DNA of 64,000 bases from Eledone cirrhosa (taxonomy: Eukaryota), in NCBI GenBank assembly GCA_964016885.1, contig OZ024742.1, forward strand, positions 85,684,001 to 85,748,000, given 5' to 3'. The translations under genes and the position numbers were made by a program. The first letter of the stretch is position 1; every line of letters starts with the position of its first letter. The notes under the pieces are model-generated. The model saw nothing but the letters and a program-made list of their open reading frames with translations, ran no database searches and had not been told where the DNA came from. This document shows positions 41,781 to 52,439 of the stretch, in pieces.

Positions 41781-44191
41781 TCTGAAGTGTGAACAGACGT
41801 GTGAAATACTGAACCCAGCATGACTCCATCGAAATGTGTCGGACGGAAAATGGCTGATGACTCGTGAGGCAGCAGATACTGACCAGAACTTGTGATGACG
41901 TGGTGTAAAAACAGCCAATGGCATGACAAGAGTGGTAGTAGGTTTGTTTTAGGGTGTTTTTGGATGATAACACCCCATTGATAAACATTGCTCCAGACAA
42001 AACACCCGTGTCTGAAAGAACCAGCAGAAGTAGAATAAGCCAGATCCATACAAGGACTATGTCTCGAGCTACTGACGGTGAAACAATTGTAACATGCAAT
42101 AAATTAAGTCCAGATGCATCACTGATTTTTCGTTTTCTTTATACTATCTACACTCTACTCTGCTGAATATCGAGTACTAATTTTGGCATACCGCCTATGG
42201 AAGCACCATAGCTACCATTATACACATCTATATACTACGCTCCTCCACAAATAGAGCGCTTACAGCGATTCGCCATGGAAAAATTCAACTACTCTTCTCC
42301 CATGAAAGACATACCGATCCCGTCTGATAATACGTACATGGGCCTGTTGTTATACCACACCAACTCGTTCATCAGACGCATGAGCTGGCGCGCATTTCAC
42401 CATGACATGCGGACACAACAACACTCGCCAGACGCCCCTCAGGACCGCCTAAAGCGGATATTTAGATCGAGAAGACACCCACCACACAATGCACAACTGG
42501 AGGAATTTGAAAACCGTATAGTCAACATAGTTCGTAACATCAAGTTCCATAGGAATATTGCACGATAGCAAAATATCTCAAAAGTCTCGGATCCACCATC
42601 AAAAGCATGGAAAAATGCCAGGATTTACTCGTGCCCTCAGACAAAACTGGTAATGTATACATGCTTGACCGTTTTACACGCAATGACTGCCTCGGGAAAG
42701 AGATTAGGAAAAACTATAGGACCACAGGAGAGACAAATTTAGATAGTATTAACGCCACGACAAAAAGTATACTAACGGGGCTAGGACTAGAGGATAGGAC
42801 CGAGGTATGTGTACCTAGCAAACCACGGATATCTATTAAGGACCATAAACTAGACTTTAAAACTAAACTGCAGGTTAGGTTAATAGCACCCTCCAAATCC
42901 GACCTAAGCAGGACCAGCAAGAATATTATAGATAGGATAATACCGGTACTTAGAAACAAAACTAAGCTTAACCTATGGACCTCCACTAAGGAGGTAATTG
43001 ACTGGTTCTCGTTAATAGTTGACAAGCACCAAGTAAATTTTATTCGATTAGACATAGATACCTATTACGCGTCAGTATCTCCGATACTAGTCAATAAGGC
43101 CTTCATAAACGCCATGGCCAGATCTAGCCTCACCAGGGACGAGACCAACCTCATAGTAGTAGCCAGAAAGACGCTAATTAGTTTCGAAGACAAGTTATGG
43201 GAGGGGAGGGACAGACCCGACAGTTTCGATATCACCATGGGGTCAAGTGACTCGGCTTAGGTGACCAACCTTGTGGGGATATATCTCATACATAGGCTGA
43301 CGGAGGAGATCCCGGGGATCGGAGGGGAAATATACAGAGACGACGCACTTTTCACCTTCCGTTCCCTTAACCCCAGTCAGATGGAGCGTATGAGGAAGCG
43401 CATATCGCAGTTTTTAAACAACACGCTTATCCGTGACAATAGACACTAGCACTAAGACGGTGAATTTCCACGACGTTACCTTGGAAATGAATACGGGCAT
43501 CCACAGACCGTACCATAAGCCCAAGGAAAACCTGCAATATGTGAACAGGCAATCGAATCACCCTAAGTCAGTCATAGAATCCATAGTTAAAGGGGTATTC
43601 AAACGCGTATCCACCCTGTCGTCGAACGCAGAAGTGTTTGAACAGCACGCCAACTATTATAATGAGGCACTGCGTACGGCCAGTTACAAAGACACCATAA
43701 TATATACCCCGAACGGAGTAGAGCCTAGTGATAAGGCGTGCAGAAATGCCAATAGCGAGGGCACCGCCTTAGGTAAGAATTGACCCAGTATCAGTATCCA
43801 GGAACACAAATAACAACACAACTAGCATTCATGACTCAGAACCGACCCGACGTAGGACTGAGGCACCCATAGGAGCCAGACCACCCAGTACGCGGAGGCA
43901 TGGGCCTGGCACGAACACTGCATACTCCGCGGCAACTGGGGCCTTGGACAGGACTTCGACAAATAAGAACGGGGCAAACGCCACGGAGCACGACCAGCCT
44001 GGTTGTAGTGCTACAGCACCGACAACAGCATCACATAGACCTAAGAGGAATAGACGTATAGATGGTCACATAGAACGATGTAAATTTATAACTGTAGAGG
44101 ATAACCACGACGCACGTAGCGGGCAATGCACACATACATTCACATACATACATATACGCACACATGTGTATAGTCATATATATACACATAT

Positions 44192-44273
<82 letters not shown>

Positions 44274-44500
44274 TCACACATGCCCACACATACATACGCA
44301 TACACTTACGTACACAAACATGACATACACACACACACACACATTTTTATATATATATATATATATATACATTAAAAAACGACAACTTAACATGCATACG
44401 CACAGCCACATATATACATACATATACCTACGCATATGCCGACATATATACATCTACACATGCATACGGACACGTGCTGCCACATGCATACACCTGCACA
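41780..44500 (+). mobile_element. 5' half of a Nematis-like PLE (leader, then RT from ATG 42275), decayed
   Basis: YSSPMKDIPIPS..FIRRMSWRAF, SDKTGNVY, ISIKDHK..VRLIAPSKS, DIDTYYASV, FDITMGSSDSA, IYRDDAL, VNFHDVT, PYHKP..YVNRQSNHP; then runs into a CA/TA-rich tract. Confidence 0.9.
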
Positions 44501-44547
44501 TATATATTGATGTTGATTTAGTTATTAATATTAATATTACTTCGGCA

Positions 44548-44670
44548 CCCACTGAAGATTTGTAAGAGCCCACTTGCATAAGACTCCATCGATCTTACGC
44601 AACTTTCTACATAACTTCGTATAATTTCACCCACCATGTAGAAGGCTTACAATGAAACGATTCGTTTGGG
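44548..44670 (+). ncRNA. Type I HHR with branched stem II (copy 1)
   Basis: CCCA CTGAAGA T TTGTAAG [~80 nt] CTTACAA T GAAA CGATTCG TT TGGG. Confidence 0.8.
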
Positions 44671-45235
44671 AAAGAAGATATTTAATATATCTCATATAAA
44701 ATAATACAGCCAATTATCCACACAATACAATATAGTTATCACTCAAACGTTTAGTTGGGAATATAATCCGGTATTTCCCAATGTTTGTTGAGTGAGTTGG
44801 AAATTGGTCGGAGTATCGCTATTAGCCTTCTCCGTTTATGTAGTTATGTAATATACTCTTGGATCACCAGAATTGTACTTTCCCGATATAAGGTAGAACT
44901 CTCTTTGTTTCTTTTTTTTATATGAATATTGATTGTTTGTTCTCATATCTGTCATTTGCTTGAGGAAATATATCTATGTGTCCTTAAACAGTACACACAT
45001 ATTTATGTTTTCATATCCAATTGAGTTCTTCGCACGAGGCTTGAATTATTGTCAGAGTTCAATGACCTGCGTGTGTATTATTTTTCACGGTAGCTTCATC
45101 CTCCCCTTTTGGGGACAGTTGGAATTTTTTTTCGAACTGCTGGAGTTACAACTTAGTAGCTCTTTCAAGCACTCATGGTGATTATCGCTAAATATTGATG
45201 TTGATTTAGTTATTAATATTAATATTACTTGGGCA

Positions 45236-45358
45236 CCCACTGAAGATTTGTAAGAGCCCACTTGCATAAGAATCCATCAGTCTTACGCAAGTTTCTACAT
45301 AACTTGGTATAATTTCAGCCACCGTGTAGAAATCTTACAATGAAACGATTCGTTTGGG
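45236..45358 (+). ncRNA. Type I HHR with branched stem II (copy 2)
   Basis: Core and stems I-III identical to copy 1, while the insert differs at several positions. Confidence 0.8.
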
Positions 45359-45595
45359 AAATGAGATCTTCAATATATCTCATATAAAATAATTCAGCCA
45401 ATTATCCACACAATACAATATAGTTAGCACTCCAAACCTTTAATTGGGAATATACTCCGGTATTTACCAATGTTTGTTGAGTAAGTTGGAAATTGGTCGT
45501 AGTATCGCTAACAGGTTTCTCCATTTATGTAGTTATATATATATATATTAGTTCAAAATATTAACAAAAATAGACATTCTTGTGATCAAGTATAA

Positions 45596-45656
45596 TTTAT
45601 TATACATATTTCAGAGTTACTGAGCTAACTTCAACAGTACGTCCTCATCAGATAAA
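45596..45656 (-). ncRNA. Type I HHR in a ~260-bp (TA)n-flanked element (45548-45805)
   Basis: TTTAT CTGATGA GGACGTACTG..CAGTAACTCT GAAA TATGTA TA ATAAA. Confidence 0.7.
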
Positions 45657-45909
45657 CTAAGATGATGCATGACATACCCTGACGTAGTAGATGGTTAAGA
45701 TTCAGTCAGGGTAGTGAGTAAGATATGACAAAACTCAATATTTATATACTTTAAGATTGAGACATATATACCTTTGATTTATTCATTGAACCTTGTTTAA
45801 CCTTTATATATATATATATATATATATCTTTCACCGTATTTTTAACTAAAGAAATTTTAGCTTGATAACTGGGTTTAGAACCCTCACATAAATGGAAAAA
45901 GATGAGTAT

Positions 45910-45980
45910 TGACGTACATGGGAGTCGAACCCACATATGTGGTTATCGCGACCACTGTGCTACCATTACACCAACACATC
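45910..45980 (-). tRNA. tRNA-like sequence with atypical anticodon loop (nominal CGA), copy 1
   Basis: GATGTGT TG GTGT AATGGTA GCAC A GTGGT CGCGATA ACCAC ATAT GTGGG TTCGACT CCCAT GTACGTC A: 71 nt, all four stems pair (some G-U), A and B boxes present. Confidence 0.75.
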
Positions 45981-46168
45981 ACCCATCTCTTTCCATTCAA
46001 ATTAGAAACTACATTCTTAGCGAGTTTAAATGGCAAGTTAGTATGTTTTGAAACAGTGAGCGAGTTTGAAATTAGAAAATATATAGCTTTCACCATATTT
46101 TTAACTAAAGGAATTTTAGCTTGATAACGGGGTTTAGAACCCTCAGATAAATGGAAAAAGATGAGTAT

Positions 46169-46239
46169 TGACGTACATGGGAGTCGAACCCACATCTGTG
46201 GTTATCGCGACCACTGTGCTACCATTACACCAACACATC
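46169..46239 (-). tRNA. tRNA-like sequence, copy 2
   Basis: As copy 1 but variable loop AGAT; a third copy is truncated at the T-loop (46428-46448). Confidence 0.75.
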
Positions 46240-48439
46240 ACCCATCTCTTTCCATTCAAATTAGAAACTACATTCTTAGCGACTTTAAATGGCAAGTAAG
46301 TATGTTTTGAAACAGTGAGCGAGTTTGAAATTAGAAAATATATAGCTTTCACCGTATTTTTAACTAAAGGAATTTTAGCTTGATAACGGGGTTTAGAACC
46401 CTCAGATAAATGGAAAAAGATTAGTATTGACGTACATGGGAGTCGAACTCGCTCACTGTTTCAAAACATACTTACTTGCCAATATATATATATATATATA
46501 TATATAAATTACTTCTGCAGATCTAGAACTTTTCATTTGTAAGAAATCACGAAAAAATGTCACATAAGTTTGGTCATTTTCGATCATGTAAATTTCAACG
46601 CTTTGCACTAGCAAATAATTGCCCCTACACTCGTATTTTTGTAATGTGTGCTTATGTATAATTCTAACATAAAACAAATTGCTTATTGGATAGCCCGTGC
46701 GATGCAATAGTAACTGCATGCCTGCAAAGCTCTATTCCAACAAGCATCTCAATACAGATAGACGCACACAAGTGCATGCTAACATGAATCCGTGCACATA
46801 TTGTTGCATTCATACATTATCGATCGCACACATCCTTGTAATCACCTGAACTCACATAAAGATAAATGAACTGAAGAAGGAGTATGTTTTATATTGCTCT
46901 TCTCTCACATCATATATATATATGATCATGTTGATTCAGGAATTTCTACCCACATCCTCATGTAACAATATACATATATATATATACATACATAACAACA
47001 TATGAATACATGTGAGCAATCTTCAAAACATCATTGAGTTAAATAATATGTACTAAGTATAGCAGAATACGCGTTCCCACAGGTTTGCATGTACATATGC
47101 ATATGCATGCACACAAGTATTACTCCATGCAAGTATCAAGGTGTTATACATGCATGGGTTCATAGATATATAAACACATAAATAAGAATTGAAAATTCCA
47201 TACTAAACTTTTCATGATGTATTTTGACCGGTGATATAATGATCACAGGCATGAATACCTCCCACACACCATAGAGATAAAATCATGTAGGTATATACAA
47301 ATATGTATGCTTATGTGTGTCTTTGAGTGTATCTAAAAATATATGTTAGTATATATGTGTAATTACGTGCATCCCTCATAGCGCTCTTTTTTTACTATCA
47401 TGAATTTTATCATTGCCAAAAATCTCTTTATGAGATATAGAATACGTAATAATGCCTAGTCTCTCAAATTCGCTCTGGTGGAATTTCCCTTGAAAATCTG
47501 GTCTCAAGTAATATTAAATAAATCAATATCTCAACCTGTATGTACCGCATCTCTTAGATTAATATTGCAGAATAATAGACAGGAATTATAATTCTATATC
47601 AATAATACACAATCAAATATCTCAGTTGTAATTGACTTCCCTGGAGATGGGCACTTATGAAGAATATTAAAAGTAATGATATATAAAATTTACATATAAA
47701 TATGACGCTTTTGATTAATAATGTATATTTCACTTTCCTTCATCTCTCCACCATAGAAATCATATCGACATAAAGTTGATTTGCATCAGCTACTTTCTTG
47801 ATTTATAGATCTTTGTATCCCCACCCGCCTCAAAGAGTACTCTTGGTATAATAGGAAAAACGTATGATAAAAATCAGTTGGTAACAACACATTTTTAAGC
47901 TTTATTTTCGTATAGTTATTATTGCTATGATAAATATAGCACTGACATATGAGAAAAATATTATAAGAATACCAATTTCTAAATATTGATTTCTGATTTA
48001 GGCATAAGGAAAATAGTTTGAGGAAAGAAAAAATCCATAACATCCAGCCTACGGTCTGAATTGTAAAGTTTTCATAGCCGTGATATGAACTCAGAATAAA
48101 CATATAGAGTATAGCGCAATGTTAATTTAACCGACACTCTCCCAATTCAGCCAATCAACCATTCTACGTTTTCTAAGTATGAATATGATTATCGGCTCTT
48201 ACCATTTATCAATAATTAGATCATGTTAAACGTATAGCATACATGATCTCCGTACATTCTCTTTACTCAGAACATTAGTGGCGGAGTTCGCCAACTGTAA
48301 AAATAAAGCCAGGAACCGGGAATTAATATTTCAAAGACCTTCCCTTGTTCAGCTTCGGGTTAACGTTTTTTTTTCAATTCCGTTCACTGGATCCACTGGG
48401 TGACTTCCAGTTAGGATTCTGAACACCAGAGAGCAGTTT

Positions 48440-49745
48440 CCTAAAATACTGAATTTATCATTGCCGACACTTTGGGACCCCTCCTGTGCGCCCTTGGTAT
48501 TGACCACATCGCCCGGAGTATCACAGCCCCTCTCAACGTTTGGTATCTGGAGGATGCTACGTTGGGCGGGCCCGTACGGACGGTCTGCAAAGACCTTCAA
48601 TCGGTGCTTCCTGTCCTGGCGGGAATCGGGCTCCAGGTCAACTCGGCCAAGTCGGAGGTGGTGAACGTCAGCCTCGATGCTGCGAGCTTTGCAGCCTCCG
48701 TCTTGGACGTGCGGTCCATTCTCCGCCAGATTCAGGTGACCCCCCAAAAAGTATGTCTTCATACGCGGGTCACCGTTCCACCCGCCGGCCATCCGCTCCA
48801 CCATCAGGTCCAGGCTTCAGCAGCTCCAGACTCTCACGAGCCGACTGGGCTTGATTGAGGGCCACCCAGCTCTCTTTCTGCTGAGGAACTGCTTCGCCAT
48901 GCCGAAGCTCCTCTATACACTCCGCAGTGCTCCATGCTACACCCATACATATCTCGTCGCTGACCTCGATACTTGTATCCGAGCAGCAGCCGAGGGTATA
49001 TGCAATGTCAAGTTTGATGACATAGGGTGACAACAGGCCACTTTACCGGTCAGGTATGGCGGCCTAGGCCTCTGATCCCCAATCTCACTAGCTTTGCCAG
49101 CGTATCTTTCGTCGGTAACCTCGTGCCGCGGCCTCGTCAGCAGGGTTCTTCAAAACACAACAAAACCCTCTGTGTTCAGAGAACGCGAGGCCGCCTGTGA
49201 GACGTGGGACCGGCTGGGACTTAGCCCAGTAGATGTCCCTCCTCCTTATTCCCCTGTTGACGTCAAGTCCCCCCAACGCACTTGGGATGCCATCCAGTGC
49301 AGCCTGACCTCAGACTGGCTCACGCGCCAGCTAGACAAGCACCTCCTTGCTTGTTTCATGCGGCCTCAAAACCCCACAGTGGTGCCTAGCTCCATGCTCT
49401 GCCCTCCTTCTCCACTGGCACGCAGCTATACAACCATAGCCTGCGAATCGGCTTTTGCCTGAGGCTCGGCCTCCGGATCTGCCAGCCACACCTGCTGCAC
49501 GTCGGGCTGAGGGGGCCAAACTCATCAAATACCGCTTGCTCTCCGACAGGTTTGCGGTCGTTCCATTGGCAGTGGAAACTTCTGGTGTCCTCGGTCCCAG
49601 GGCTACCTCCTTACTCACCACCATAGGCGCTGATCTGGCAAGCCGCTGGTGTGACGCCCGCGAGTTGGAGTGGCTTTTCTAGCGCGTCTCTCTTGCCGTC
49701 TTCAGGGGAAACGCCTTCTCCATTCTGTCCGCTGGGGCTCTGGCT
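48440..49745 (+). mobile_element. Decayed CRE-like non-LTR retrotransposon (RT C-terminal part and RLE)
   Basis: LGPLLCALGID..NVWYLEDATLGG, GLQVNSAKSE, LLRNCFAMPKLLYTLR, QATLPVRYGGLGL, AEGAKLIKY..AVETSGVLGP..RVSLAVFRGNA. Confidence 0.88.
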
Positions 49746-52439
49746 GGGCTCCATCGCGTACCGATGCATTAGTTACATACCATTCTTTCATCGTTACAAT
49801 GATATAAATATCAATCGAAAAAAAAAAGAAAAAAAAGTGAAACCTTATAATGATAAATATTGCTGATATGATAGAAATCAGTTGAGAGACACCTACACAC
49901 ACGCACTAACAATGGCACACATACAGACAAGCATGCATACAGTAACACACACAAACACTTCCACACATACATGAAAGCAAATATGTATCTACAACCACAT
50001 TTCATATGACGTAATATTGTCTAAATTGGTTTGTATCTTCTAAGCCGTATACATATATTATTCGGTGATGCTCCTGAAACCGTATATTATCTAGCACTGG
50101 TTTCAACATACGATTTTACTTTTTTAGATATCTCAATGAAGTTAAAAGAGATTTCATCACATATATATTCTTAAACACCAACATTTTTATATATTAAATA
50201 TACTATATTTATACATATTAGAAAGCTTGATGAAAAATATAATCGAAACTATCCACTATACGAACGTAGCCTGCAGAAAACAAGAATTGGATTGAAATGT
50301 CATTAGTATGGAAAGATCCTTTTGAATTTTCCCGCTTAAAACAAAAGGTAAAGCCAAAGAAAATCTGATTTTATTCAGAATGTAAATAGACACAAATTAA
50401 GGCATTTAATATCATATATAATGTTATTTATCTTGAATGTAATATATTGTATAGATACGCATTCCTCAACAAACATTCCAACTAAGAAATAATACCCATT
50501 TAAAAAATATAGTTAACGTACAAGGCCTTACTCTAGATTGTGTCCAAAATAATATTATAGGGTAATATATCAGATAAAAGTTTCAATTCTTGCGTATAGG
50601 ATTGAAAGTGAATATGAAATAAGATTTATAATGCTCTATTTTGCGTATCGTAAAACATCATCTTGATTTCATTGTTTCGATTACTAAAAATTATATTCAA
50701 ATTTAAGTATTTCACGCACACAAACATGAATAGAGATACAACCACTTACATATCAAAGATATACATGGGTATGTGTATGTACAGAGATGTAAATATAATA
50801 ATAATAATTAGGGTGACGAGGTCAGACAAACAGTCTAATATATTCGGAAAGTATGTGAAAGAAAATGTGGATTTAAATCACTGATGCTTTCTTGAGTAAA
50901 AAACTATAAGGAACTGCAAGCGTTATCTATTCACATCCCGGCTTCTTAGATAATAGAGTTCATCGTTTAAAAAGTCCCCCCCCCAAAAAAAAAAGAAAAT
51001 TATAATGTAATTTAATTGAATTGCATAGCAGTCATCTTTGGTCTGTGACAGCAAGTGTGAATACGATTAATGAATATTTCCTTACATTTCCATGACACAT
51101 GAAATGTATAAACAATATCGCTCACTGAAAGGTATATCATGAAATACTAAAATTACGCATTTTCTATCAACAAGATTCTACAGAATACGAGGAAGCTTAA
51201 AGCAAATAATGAAAAATAGAACTATGCAACGAAAAACATTTTTGTGACGCAGGTAAAGTAAGCTGAGAAAATACATCCAAGACCACTCGATAAGATACCT
51301 TAAGTTCGAGACCGAGTAATCGAGAGAAACAAGACACACGTCCGATCGCCGCAGTTGTAAGTGAGAAGAGAACTGCTAAATGGTCAGACGAGGGAGTGAA
51401 AGTGAGAGGGAGAAAGGGAGAGGAAGAAGGTGTGGTAAGAGGAGAAAGGGAGGGGAAAAAAGAGGGGTGAAAGTAGAAAGTGGCGAAATAGGTAGGTAGA
51501 AGGGGAGAGAAAAATGGTCACAGCAAAAATATGATGAAATATATGGAAACTAGAAATCCCTGTGTAGTTGCTATATAAGGTAACTTAAAATGCAGTGGAA
51601 ATACGTAGAAAGCAAGAACAGGGGGTGGGGAGTTTTCCTCATCAGTTGTCTACTGGGTGTCTAGGATATTTCTACGCTTTAAATACAAGATACCACTTCC
51701 CCACAGGGCGTCAATAACTGGATACGTTGTTGGGAAAACGAAGGAAGGAGGGAAGGAAAGCAAAAGGCAAGGACAGAGAAACAGTAACAAAACGCGAAAA
51801 AAAAACACATACCGAGCAATATACATGTTAAATGTATATCTGAATAAATACAGAGTGTGCACAAACCTGTATAGCATATATAAATTTATCTCATATGTAG
51901 ATATATAGACATGCTAAAAAATACGAAATTCCATCTGAAGTGAAATATTATAAAGAGCTTTATTGTTTTCTGATTTGATCTCACCATCATCAGAAGACGT
52001 GTATATCATCCAATCAACCACAAAGAAACATATATTTAAAACGTATACATACCCATTCCCTTGTAGTGTTATTCTGAAATGGACGTAGTAATTTGCATAT
52101 ACTTAACGCTCATGTTGGTAATTGAGTATGATATATATTTCGAGATACGCTAGCAGCGGAAATATGTAATAAACTTACATATGCATGAATACAGTGTGTG
52201 TGACCGAGAGCGCAACAAGGTGCATACATATTTACTTATATTTAATATGCAGGCCTGTAAACAGCCGGAAAATAAGAATTTTCCTGTGATTTGGAAAATT
52301 AAATCATCTTTAATCGCTTTTCGAATATATGAATTTATACACATTCGTACAATCTTGGTTACACAATCTATATTTACACAGATATACGATCATCATACAC
52401 ACCTGCTGCTAGCACATATCTTAACAGAGTATGTAACAA

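Larger units (their letters stand above)
44504..45536 (+). mobile_element. Non-autonomous retrozyme-like element: two ~345-bp direct repeats (period 688), each with an HHR
   Basis: 44504-44848 approximates 45192-45536, with a non-coding interior; ends in (TA)n. Confidence 0.8.
45828..46481 (-). mobile_element. 259-bp tandem repeat element (2.4 units) with terminal inverted segment, each unit carrying a tRNA-like cloverleaf
   Basis: Period 259; 46446-46481 is the reverse complement of ~46290-46325; (TA)n on both sides. Confidence 0.85.

Noticed and set aside
44611-44625. ATAACTTCGTATAAT, a 15-nt match to a loxP half-site
   Set aside because: No second inverted half-site, and the sister repeat reads ATAACTTGGTATAAT; a chance match.
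45910-46239. Functional tRNA-Ser(CGA) genes
   Set aside because: Lacks U33, purine 37 and the long Ser variable arm, and has three G-U pairs in the acceptor stem; reported as tRNA-like instead.
45828-46481. CRISPR-like array
   Set aside because: Whole units are repeated with no unique spacers; eukaryotic context with no cas genes.
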